The position numbers were made by a program, and so were the translations under genes. Source: Phoronis australis (Eukaryota; Animalia; Phoronida). From it: a DNA stretch of 64,000 nucleotides. The DNA is taken from contig NMRA01000197.1 of NCBI GenBank assembly GCA_002633005.1, forward strand, positions 62,001-126,000. Reading direction: 5' to 3'. The notes under the pieces were generated by a model. The model was not told the DNA's origin and did not search any database. It saw only the letters and a program-made list of their open reading frames with translations. This document shows, piece by piece, positions 52,993-64,000 of this stretch. Positions within the stretch are counted from its first letter, which is position 1. Every line of letters starts with the position of its first letter.

Positions 52993-53593
52993 TCTGCTTG
53001 GAAGTACTCCATTCGAGTCAATTCCTCAACTTGCCTCGCTGTATGTAGAGCGAATGAAGCAGTTGGACTTCTTTTACACTGAAACCCCGTATGTTCTAGT
53101 TGGATATTCGTCAGGCGGGGCTATAGCTTTTGAAATTGCGCTGCAGCTTCAAAAGATTGCCCGCAGACCGGAGACGCTAGTTATTCTTGACGGAAGCCCG
53201 GATTTAATCGCAAAAGCATACACGAGAATCTTGAAGAGCTCCGAAAAGCAGATGGAGGCTCACGAGAAATGGCTTCAAAACACTTGGAATGAAAAAGGCT
53301 TGAACGAAGACGATTTGAAGGTTGGACTGTCACTGTTTCGAGAAACTCTGAATATTTACGCCTCCTACGTTCCTTCCACCATTTACGACGGAGACGTCAA
53401 GCTGGTACTTGCAACTGATATACTAAAACAAGGACCGCTATCTGAAACTCTTGCTGAGCTTCAAAAACAAGAGCGCGACTATGGCACCCAACGTTTGTGC
53501 TCTAAACCAGTGCGAGTTGTTGACGTTGATGGCGACCATTACACCATGATGAGAGACGAAAAACAGATTATAGCGAAGACTGTTGTCGAATAG
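52993..53593 (+). CDS. Multimodular NRPS, part 3: C-terminal thioesterase
   Basis: The frame is open from the N: LLGSTPFESIPQLASLYVERMKQ...PYVLVGYSSGGAIAFEIALQL...LVILDG...VDGDHYTMM, i.e. the GxSxG / Asp / His triad of type I TE. Stop TAG at 53591-53593. Confidence 0.92.
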
Positions 53594-53647
53594 TCCGTGT
53601 AAAAAGCTATATTTCTGTTTCACTGGACCTACTATTGGTACTAGGTA

Positions 53648-53653
53648 AATAAA
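53648..53653 (+). terminator. Candidate polyadenylation signal of the NRPS gene
   Basis: AATAAA about 55 nt after the TE stop codon. The hexamer is common in AT-rich DNA. Confidence 0.45.
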
Positions 53654-55077
53654 TATTTACAACGTAAAATAATAGAACTGATTATATATAATTTAATCTA
53701 GGAAATGGACTGTCAAACAATGTCGCGTAAGAATGTTTTGCACGGGCACGATTATGCGCTTTTGCCGAGGACAATGCATGAGGTCCACCTGTGCCTACAA
53801 CCGAAACTTTGGTGCGTGCGCATGTAGGCAAAACACCTGAATAAACAACTTTCTTTGAAAAATACACTATTTCAGGCCTAGGGAAACTAGTGAGTACAAA
53901 CATTGTCTAGCTTATATGCATACTGTTTCTGAAGTCGGCGAACTTCGTGCTGACAATGACGAATTAGTATCTGCATAGAGCAACCTAACATATCGCATCT
54001 CTTATATATGTACCAAATAGGGTCTATGGAAACAACCCGTACCTAAAGCCTAGAAAACAATCGGGCATTACTGTTGATCTGTTATGGACTGTGTATTTAA
54101 GTTCACATTATTTATCATTTCGAGTTAGGTTTAGGGTGTTGATTACATTTGGTTTAGGTGCTTGATGTGTTCACATTCGCAGCGATGACGTCGTTTGCAA
54201 AGGAGGCTTAGTTTGGGCAATGACAAAGCTAAACGACTGAAATATATGCGATGAAGTATTTCTGTTGCTTTTTATCATGGCGTTGGTTGTGTTGAATCCC
54301 GGGTGATGAGTACACTAAGAGGCTGTTTGATGAATCTGTAGATCACCGCGTTTTGAACCAATCTGTACACATAGGCATAAACTAGTTTGAGACTGCTTAA
54401 CACACTAAAGATGTCATTTAAATGCGTTAACCAACAATCTGCGAATACATGTACATTTACTGGATTAACCAAAAATAGAGAAAAATGAATACTGAGAACA
54501 ACGGATAAATAAAGATGACAGGTAAGGGAGGGTTGAGGACATAGTAAAACAGGTAAAAACAGGTAAACATAGTAAAAATTAGTCGCAAAGCCCCATCCAT
54601 CATTCCAGAACGATACTTGCTGCGCGTCTCAACATAATACACTTCTTGCGAGCCCGCAGTATGCACGTAAAATCTTACGACACGTCGCACAACATATACC
54701 CGCACATCCTGCTTGTTTATGCGTTAAAGCATAGACTGGATGGGCATAGTACCGGGACCGCCAAATCTGTATGTTCTAAATGGACAAAATCTGTGATCGT
54801 ACACACAAAGCGCGACAAACAGTATCCAGGCCGAGAAGAGACAATTCGCTAACGGCGCCTTGTTTGAGTCCCGGTTTTACTTCCGACAAATATGTCGTCT
54901 GCTCATTAACTGGAAAGTGGTGCCTCTTTTGACAATTCCCCTCAAATGAAAATATCGGAGTTGCGAATCTGTTGTCTATGAACTATGGTATTAGTGACGT
55001 AATCGACGACATATGAAGCATTAATAAAATGAATAAAATTACAGCACACATCACGAATTTTTGTCTGACAGGTCGGA

Positions 55078-55193
55078 AATTGGTCGTCGACCGGCCGTCG
55101 ACCGGTCGTCTAGCCAACAAGCAGCCGACCAACAACGGTCGGCAAGGAGGCGCCTACTGAGTCGCCTCTTGGGTCTAGCGTAGACGACCAATT
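55078..55193. repeat. Short inverted-repeat (MITE-like) element
   Basis: aattggtcgtc ... gacgaccaatt, with internal gtcgaccgg repeats. Confidence 0.5.
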
Positions 55194-57627
55194 CGTATTA
55201 AGCGTGTCCTTGTTCGGCAATTACCATTTTATGACTTAGCGGGTGAAGTTTGGACAAACAAACATTTAACTGTTCCCTGTTCGTTTACCAGTGACAACTC
55301 AGGTCTTGACATCGGTTTATGAACTTTTGTTCAACCATTGAAAGGAGTTAAAATCGAATCAACCTACAAATACGAAGTGCGTGACATTACACCAGCCTAA
55401 AACTACATCTTGAATTAATGACGGTGTGGTAAAATCAAACGTTAAGTGATATCGCGGAAAATTAATTTCTAACTTTAGATATGAGACTTTTAATACAGCA
55501 CATTATGCATAAAAACAAGCACAAAATTTGAAATTTACAGTAAAACTGCATAAAAATCAGAATACAACACTGGATATTTTACGACCTCAAATGTTTTCAT
55601 GCCGCGGAATACTCAACAAGCAGCACGCATTTGCGCTCATCCGTTATTGCTCTTGATCATCACTTCATCACGCTGTATATTAGGCTTTACCACAGATAAT
55701 TATTGCTTATTTCTGTATAATTTCTTAATGTGTTGATACAGCAATAGAACCCAAGTTCATTTTAGGAACAACATAAACAATGGATTGAACATAGCGCCGA
55801 TATTAAATCATGGGCGCATGAAAACGGAAGACTGTGATCGGTTTATAGTGTCATCCATCATCCATCATCATTCTGAAATTATTGTCACTTTCGCAGTAAA
55901 AAAATCTTTTCGAAGCTACAGCCTTCCTATCTAGCCAGCTAGTTGTATGAAGACTATTTTCAAAATACAGCAAGGTGCCACTGCGTATTGAGATCAAACA
56001 GACCTCAAAACTTCACACAGCCCGGATAGTTACGCTTGTCACCTCGTCGAGAAGCTTGTATCAACGTTAGCTTAAGACCGGCGGATGTGCATGCAAAATC
56101 TGGAAGTCAATTGGCATTCAAGTTGCCCGTTGCGGCCGTTTAAACGAAAAACATCCTACGTCATCTTCTTGCGTAATTCTCTGCCATTTTAACGAAAAAA
56201 CGTATGTCGTCGTTTTGAAAAAAGTTCATTCGTGACACGCGCCACTTCCAAAATGGTTTCAATATCTCCCATTAGATGATGACAATATCTCAGCAAAATT
56301 TGTTCTAAAATTCGGTTCACTGATATCAAAATTCCAAAAACATATAATGAAGTAAAACCAATTCTGATCATTTGTTGTGACGTTTACGCAACCTCGAGGG
56401 AGAACGTTTGATTGAAGAATCTGGGAAAAGAAAATGGCTAATAGGTGAGGCAATATTTCATTGGGTCGAAAGTCGACGCATAAGATCACACCATAACTTT
56501 AGTAGAAAATTAATTGTAGAAAATCAATTTTTGCAAAGCTGGTAAATAATTTAGATTAATCTAGGAAGATTTCATTCGGTCAGTTTTTACCCACAACGGC
56601 GCAAATTTGAATATTTAATTTAGTAAACAGCTTCGCACCAAGGCTAGAGCCTTCCAAGCCCTTTGGCGTAAGAACACAATACTTGGCGTTTCGCGTATAG
56701 TCCAAGGGGTAAAACTTTGAAAATAATATTTTCGGGGTAACCTGGTACATGTAATCCTAAAAAGTAGTCTGTGTTTTCATGTAGAGCGTAAAAATGATTA
56801 ACCCAGTGATTCAAAAAGAACTTTTTCGCAAACGAAAACGCACACAATTTTCAGCTCTATTAAACTGGTTAAAAAACAACTTCTATAAGTTTCTTGCATC
56901 GGATTTTAGTGATCACCAGGCCAAGTCAAAACTCTTAAGGGGGCGCAATTTCAAACCTTTGGCATGAATCATTGATATAAAAATGGAAATAGACCGACTT
57001 TAATTCATCAGCAATGTAGACACAACAATTACAGACACTGACTGCGTTTGTTAACGTCTTGTGGCAATGATAAAAATAATTGTTTCTACTACGATTGATA
57101 ACAAGTTTTACTCTGATTAGGTATGATGCAATATGCATGTCTAATATGCAGATCGGCAGTTGCAAAAACATTTATCGGGTTTAATGAATCCGTTTGTAAA
57201 GAACCACTGCAAAAGTATGATTACTAATTGTACATTCGGATCACGCCTCATTAGAATAAAAAAAAACACATGCTTGATGATCCTGGGTGTTCCTTTGTTA
57301 CAGGCATGAATGAAGATATATAGTTGTTAAGCCATAGAGGATAATAAGGCATACAAAATATCACACTGGGCCATCTACACCAGGCATATACAAAGGATAC
57401 AGTATTTCAAAAGAAGCCCCAACTACTCATTTTTAATAGTCATAACTACTCATTTTTTATAGTATCACTGAATCACGAACACCTAGATTTATATAAGAAG
57501 TTACATAGTACGATGCTACCCTACCTGCTCTCCCACATTCATGGAAGGCCCAAGTGGAAACATTTAACGGCGTATATTTTCTATGCAACATTAAAACCAA
57601 GCAAAACATGCTAACTCTCCTGGACCA

Positions 57628-57776
57628 ATGTGTGTACTTACAGTGATGTTATCTGCCTCAATAGTTGTCAGGCTTCTATGTAGTCTGACGTCTTGTCGCC
57701 CCTTCTTCGTAACAGCTAAACCAGGATTCTCTTCTACCCGCCGTACACTAACTAGTTGGAGGCGTAGCTTGATGTC
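57628..57776 (+). repeat. 149-bp segment duplicated at 60300-60448 with 4 substitutions
   Basis: Direct comparison of the two copies. The left copy ends exactly at the N at 57777. Confidence 0.92.
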
Positions 57777-57777
57777 N

Positions 57778-60299
57778 TGATCTTGTCATGACGCCAGCAT
57801 CCCTCACCTTTGGATCTCTAGAGTCACGTAATGTGAGAACCAGCCTGCACTTTCCTACTTTAAACTCCTCCGTGATTGATGCTAGAGGCAGCTGAAGCTC
57901 TGCTGTTCTGCTATAAAGGCCAACCTGTGTGAAGCTTCTTGGGACTCCCAACCACTTCCTCAGCCACTTGCTTACAGTTCTCTCCAGGCACTCCACCGCC
58001 GATATCGGGATGTCGTACAGCATTAGACCCCACGTTGCTCGAGGTAACAGCCCGTGCTGGTAAATCCATGCCTTGTACTTGCCAGGAAGACCGCTTTTCT
58101 CTATTCTCTTCAACCACTCCGTCACCTGGGTCTCCATCAGCTTGATGTTGTTCTTGTCGCACAGGAGATCATCGTACCATTTACCTAGGCACTTGATGGG
58201 GTTATTAACAATTGATGGAATTTGTTCGCCTTGAATGGTCAAGGTAAATCTGTTGACTACTTTCCCACCTCTCATTATCAGAAGTCTCGACTTCCTGGGT
58301 TTAAACTTCATACGAGCCCACGTTGCTACTTCATCTAGAGCTGCCAAAACCCACCGAGCTTGCACATGCGTCACCGTAGTTACTGTCAAGTCATCCATAA
58401 ATGCTCTAATTACAGGCACCACGATACCGGACTGTAGCCTCGGACCCCTACATTCCCTTTCTCCGGCCTTTATCAGAAAATTCATCCCCATGATGAACAG
58501 AGTAGGAGAGATGGTACATCCAGTTATTATACCTCTTTCCAGCTTGATCCAGTCTGTAGTGATGGCGCCTACAGTAAACCTCAACTGGATACCTCGAAAA
58601 TAATCTGTTAACATGCGACTGATATGCTCCGGAACATGATAGTACTCTAATGCTATGTTGATCAGCTGGTGGGGTATGGAACCGTAGGCATTAGCTAAGT
58701 CCAGCCACACACACGTCAGGTCTTTCCTCTTCGACTTGGCCTCCCTAATCAGCTGGCTCAAGACGCTCGTATGTTCAACACAGCCTGAAAAACCAGGAAT
58801 TCCTCCTTTCTGGACAGATGTGTCTATGTACTTGTTGTCTAAGAGATAGGATGTCAACCTCCTAGCAAGGATCCCAAAGAACATCTTCCCTTCTACACTC
58901 AGCAGTGATATTGTTCTAAACTGGTCAACCGCAGCAGCATCCTTCTCCTTGGGCACAAAGCACCCCTCTGCGACCTTCCAGCCAGTAGGTATCTTGCCCT
59001 TTCTCCATACTGTCTTTAGAATCAGCCACAGCTGCCTTAGCAGCAAGGGACACTTCTTGTAGGTCTTGTACGGGATGCCACTTGGACCTGGGGCTGAACC
59101 CGACCGCGCTTTCTTAACCACCTGCAGCAGTTCCTTCCACGTAGGTTCTTTCGTGTCTAATTCACTCTCTGGCCTATTCACAGCCTCCACTCTCGAACAC
59201 ACTCCGAGGGGCACATCTCGTCTGTCGTCTCCATGAGCTGCGTTAAGATGTTGCTCTATTGCCTCTTTGCTTGACTGCAACTCGCCTGATCTCTCTTCCC
59301 CCAGTAAGGTCTTTGTAAATCTGAAGGGGTCCTTGACAAACTGAGACCTTCGCTTAGCCCTTTCCTTCTTGGCTCGACGTAACCTCTCTGCATTTCGCAG
59401 GCGTCTGGGCTCATACCGTAAGTCATCTCTAAGCCACTGCAGCCCGACCTTCTCGTGCTCCTGGGCTTTGCGGAAAGCCTTCCCAAGTGATCTTAGTTCA
59501 GTTCGTATCTCCTTGATGCGCCGTTTCCGTCTGTTGCCTTTTGGAACTTCCTGCCGTGGTGCTCTCGTACGCTCTTCCTGTGTACCAAACCGCTCTAAAG
59601 CCACGTTGTACATGATTGCGGTGAAACTCTCCATCTTCTGATCTACGCTGCCCATCAAAGTTGTCTTCATGATGTTGTGCACATCCCCATCAAAAGCCTT
59701 CCATGCTGCTTCTTCCGTCATCTTTGGCCATTTCACTCTCTTCCTTCTTGGGCGTGGTGGAGGTCTGCCTTGTCCTGACGTGTCCTCTCCCAGGAACACA
59801 GTGTCGTTATCTGAAGGCTCATCGGCTTGGAGACTCCCAGCCCTGTGGGGTTCATCCTGTCTGGGTACCTCCAACGTCTCACCAGAGGGATCCTGTGCGC
59901 GTTGCTCTTGGTTCTCCTGATAACCACACCGCGATCTTGATCGGTGGACACGTAAGCCACGGATGTTCTTGCACACATTTCCACAACTACATACTGCTCC
60001 TTCCACAACACCTCCTGTCAGTGTCAACTGTTTCAAAGTCCTTGGTCGTTGCAAAGTCGTTTCCGTGTTATCCGCCGTTGTGAGTCTCTCATTCTCCCCC
60101 CCTCTCGGGAGACTCCGGGGGTATGCATCATTTTGGTTCGACGTAGCGTGAGAATGGGTGCTCCTATAACCGGAGCTGCAGGCCGAGGTGCTGGCCCTGC
60201 CTGCCCCAATCCAGTCTTTCCTGGGGGTCATCTGTCTCTCCAGCGTCACTGGTCTTCCCCAGTTGCCATCCAGCCTTTCTTGGAAGTCTTGAAATGTCG
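57778..60299 (-). mobile_element. R2-group (HERO-like) non-LTR retrotransposon; ORF intact up to a contig join, 3' end missing
   Basis: ORF of more than 820 aa with an N-terminal zinc finger CSCGNVCKNIRGLRVHRSRSRC. RT motifs SAPGPSGI, FRTISLL, QKGG, GCVEH, WLDLANAYGSIPH, GIITGCTISP, FMDD and IKCLGKWY. No APE domain. Confidence 0.92.
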
Positions 60300-62199
60300 A
60301 TGTGTGTACTTACAATGTTGTTATCTGCCTCAATAGTTGTCAGGCTTCTATGTAGTCTGACGTCTTGTCGCCCCTTCTTCGTAACAGCTAAACGAGGATT
60401 CTCTTCTACCCGCCGTACACTAATTAGTTGGAGGCGTAGCTTGATGTCGTCAGATGGCAAGTATCTCAAAACCAGAAATTTTACTTAAGCAGGAATTAAA
60501 ACAATCCAATACATTGAGATTGTTTTCACACAGAAGACCAAAGAACAAATAAAGACCAAAATTTAACCACGTCAAGACTGAAAATTTATCACATCAGCAC
60601 CTATAATTTATCAAGTAAGGACCAAAAATTATTCACTTCAGGATCTTAATAAAATACAACCAAACTGAAAATTTAATAAGTCAGGTTCAAAAACTTACCA
60701 TGTCAGTAACTTTCACGCCAGAACACCACGTCACCATCCCCAAGCATTGATCTTTCAAAGTGATAATGTCCGTACTATACGTATAAACAAGGGCGAAATG
60801 TTCAACCTCTCGCCGACGACAGACATATTATCTCGGAAATGCAGTTGAATTTCGTTCGTCTAATCCACGTTTTACAATAGATGCCAATGTATAGGTACAC
60901 ACTGGATTGTCATCATTGCATAATGGGTGATCACATAGTCTCCGGGCATGGAAACAATTCTCTCCTGGCGTGATAAGTTTTCTGACGCAATAAATCCTGG
61001 TTGCCAATTGTTTTTGATTCTACAGAGATTTCAATTCCTGAATAGAAAATGTGTGTTCTGGATTTTTCCGCTTCAGCTTTCCATTCAGCTAACTGGTGTA
61101 AAACAGTGTTTTTACTATCCCGTGGAGACTCCACTGCAACGAATCACTTCTAGTACAATCTTCCGTAAATGACAATCGTATTTTGCATATTTCTTCGGGG
61201 TAACAGTTTTCCAAGAGCTATATATTCATTGGACAAGCTTCTGTTTGGTATTCGGTTTTATTTTCTTTCTCAGGTAGTCCTTGAGCTCATGCTCTGAATG
61301 TTTTGAAAACGCAACTCTTTATTTACGCAGATACGTTTTCCTGCCCGTGCGCGCAGACTTGCTGAATTCATCAACCATACATTTATTTTTGAAAATGCCC
61401 TCAAAAGTGTACTTTTTAAAACACCGTGTTGACCATAGTCGTCCGTTTAGAAAAGCGGAATGAACAAATTTGTACACATTGCTCAAAGCACTTTTGTGGA
61501 CATACGGAAACGACAACGTCTCTGTCTTACAACTCTGCGTGGGCTTGGCATTTCTGATAAAGCTTTCTCATGCTGGAAACTTTATTAAGTCTGGGCACCG
61601 TTTCAAAAATTGTATTTTTTCGTACAGCTGAGCACAGAAGAATTATTCTGCGATTTTAGGACTGAAACGGAATCAAATCTCGAGTGGTGACTCATTAGAA
61701 TGTGCAAAATTCGTGGAGGGAGGGAGGGATGGCGATACAAGCATGATTTTTTATTTTCGCGCCAAGCATGTAGTTGGCACTTCTCATTCAGCGTCATTTA
61801 CTACCTAAGGTGACCAGATCATACGCTATAAATATCACCAGACGCTTTGCTTCTCAAAAGTGCACCTTGATGTATTTACTATCATTTTTTTGCCATCGCA
61901 ATCGCTTTACCAAAGGTTCATGCACATATGCCGCGTAGAGACAAATATCTCTTCACATCTTCCCATTCACAATTGTTTTATTTTACATAATTTGTCAATA
62001 TGTTGTTGACAGAAAATATTTATTTTTGGAACAACGTGAACGACCAACTGATAGGGGACTACGTGTATACATGTACATGTAACTAGCCCAGATTTTAACG
62101 TCACCGATGCATGAAAACGGAATGCGCAAAGCTACAATTGGCTGTAGCCTCAACAGTGGTGATGACAGTCTTAGTTCGTGGAAGTCGTAACCATAATAT

Positions 62200-62640
62200 G
62201 ATTTCGAAGTTAGAGCCATCGAAGTCCGTGGGTTTAGGGCATACTGGACCGTGAATTTCGCATCTGTACTGCAAGGGTCAATACTATGAAAATAAAATCC
62301 CCGGAGTGAGAGCTCATCGCGGTGTAACAACTCACTCACAAATCCATCATCATGGGCACGTGATAGGAGACCGGTAAATAACTTAAAAAAACGCAAAAAG
62401 ATGCAGTTTGGCGTTACACAAACAAAATCAATTGTGGGCCGGCGAAAACTGCTAGTCGTCGACCGGGCCGACAAAAATTCGTGATGTGTGCTGTACACAC
62501 ATTTATATCCCAAAATGCAGCCGTTATGCTGCTCCAGAATAATATCCCGCCATTTTTTGTCATGTCCTAAGCCGAAAAATGATGTTGAAAAGCGTAAACT
62601 ATGGATCAAATTGTACGGCCACACGAGCAGCTGAAGTTAG
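62200..62640 (+). mobile_element. Possible heavily degraded hAT (Charlie/SPIN-like) transposase N-terminus
   Basis: EVRGFRAYWTVNFASVLQGS resembles the ExRxFxxxWTxxYxF start of GTF2IRD2/SPIN-type transposases. The rest is broken. Confidence 0.35.
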
Positions 62641-63370
62641 CGATGTTGCTAGATAACTCGAAGGCTATTATAAACACAAATATATTAGTTCCAAGATATA
62701 CACTTTTCAGCTTGGTGGCTATGGTGCAGGGCTATCTCACATTTTGGCTCACGAGTTGACTACGTCTGGGTGCCTTTGTCTCGGCACCTGCTGGATGTCA
62801 GCACTCTAACGGAAGTCCCCGGAAATTGTTGTTTTCAAGGACCATTTTTTAAAGTTTTTTTATTTATTTCAACCTAATGGACATTATTTTGTTTCGTATC
62901 AGAGGTATTTTTGTTATTCATAAACCGTAAGCTGGCGTTCAACTGAACTTCTCTCCCGGTCAAAATTCAGAGATTCGATCGGCACAGGGAAGGGCACTGG
63001 ATTACTGAAGGAACTCAAAGCCTTGGTCGAGCTGTTGTCACTAAAAATAAACTGTTCAATTACTTTTTGACGTGTACCTCTAGTATACACTATGTCTGTA
63101 GAGTTAGAGAGAGCTCATTTTGGAGTTGCTCAAACATGATATTTAGATTTATGAAGCTTTAAAAAAGAATTTGAGTTATTTTTGTAAATAGACTATTTCT
63201 GCAACTACCACACCAGACTAGTAATCTTTTGTAACCATACCACGACTTAGTGATCATGCTACCTTCAAATTAAAATGAAAGCTACCTTTATGAATGAAAC
63301 TACAAAAAATGCCAAGTTCATAAGAAAGTAAACCTAATTTAAATATCTTAATGGTGCAAACGGACAATTC

Positions 63371-63696
63371 CATAGGCGGATTTAGGGGGGGGGCAGGGGC
63401 CCCAGCCCCCCTCCTTGGCTGCCACCAGCAAAATGAAACAGCTAGAGCGTGAGGAAATATTGAGTTCAGTAACTAGGACCGGTAGCGGAAGAGGGGGCTC
63501 AGACCCCGGCAGATCGCGGCGGAATTGTGTTCCTGTTTTTTTAGTCCACCTATAGATTTTCTGAACTGAGGTCCAAAGGTCTACATCTCTGGCCCCTGCA
63601 ACTTTCGGGCCGCCTGTGCACACACAATCGTACTTTGCCCAATTCCACGAGGCAACATATGTTGGGCCCCCCTGTGGTATCATAGATCCGCCACTG
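63371..63696. mobile_element. hAT-type MITE with a 5-bp target duplication
   Basis: TIRs cataggcggatttag / tagatccgccactg, flanked on both sides by AATTC. Confidence 0.75.
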
Positions 63697-63714
63697 AATT
63701 CCAGACATTAAGAG

Positions 63715-64000
63715 CAATTCCATATAAAAACCAGATGATGGGCTTTATATGCAAAATCACCCATTTTTTTGAAACTTAGCACATCAGCTGGTCTTGTCAA
63801 AAGAAACCTGAGCCTGAATTTTTAAGAGTTTCCGAGTTTTTTTAACCCTTTTTACGACCACTTTGTACTTTTTCTGAAAAATAGCAAATAATAGTACTTG
63901 GAAGTAGGTGACTTTTTGTCAGCAACAGCACATCATCGCATTGCGCTATTGAAAAAATAACTATATAGCAGAAAGAAGAAAGAATAACATACGTCAAGAA
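63715..64000 (+). repeat. Dispersed repeat homologous to 14410-14690
   Basis: Colinear similarity extending to the end of the window. Confidence 0.85.

Noticed and set aside
1204-53593. Functional cluster of MLYCD with the NRPS (malonyl-CoA link)
   Set aside because: No PKS domain is visible in the NRPS. MLYCD is an ordinary spliced housekeeping gene 34 kb away across a gap, so it serves only as evidence of host context.
40574-53593. ACV synthetase / beta-lactam pathway as in springtails
   Set aside because: ACVS is A-T-C-A-T-C-A-T-E-TE with Cys in module 2. This gene has E in module 1, a Cys-clade A in module 1 and an extra C after the last E, and no IPNS is visible.
53054-53593. Stand-alone type II thioesterase gene
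   Set aside because: TE-like sequence continues in frame upstream of the Met to the N at 52992, so it is the NRPS C-terminus split by a contig join.
60314-60469. Minus-strand coding exon ending in a GTAAGT donor beside the HERO insertion
   Set aside because: All four differences between the two copies change amino acids in that frame, the acceptor is weak, and the peptide is not recognisable.
61995-62624. 209-aa minus-strand ORF
   Set aside because: No recognisable motif. It is probably a chance ORF antisense to a decayed hAT-like fragment.

Overview
This is an AT-rich, transposon-dense scaffold from an animal, probably an invertebrate, with two N-gaps (20911-21061, 49022-49238) and several single-N contig joins. 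The left end holds the last four spliced exons of a malonyl-CoA decarboxylase (MLYCD) gene. The main feature is a ~13 kb multimodular nonribosomal peptide synthetase (40574-53593, + strand) with no introns in its sequenced coding region. Its domain order is X-A(Cys-clade)-T-E-C-A-T-C-[A, mostly in gap]-T-E-C-vestigial A-[T, cut at a join]-TE. Two complete epimerization domains predict a peptide containing D-amino acids. The gene looks integrated into the host: it has a splice acceptor 2 nt before the ATG, an AATAAA after the stop, and metazoan TEs on both sides whose families also occur beside MLYCD. The rest of the window is mobile DNA: non-autonomous Kolobok-type elements, piggyBac, hAT and Harbinger remnants, MITEs, L1/Tx1 and L2/CR1-group LINE fragments, a young HERO/R2-group retrotransposon that is probably heterozygous, and tandem repeats. 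All calls come from reading motifs by eye; no database searches were run.
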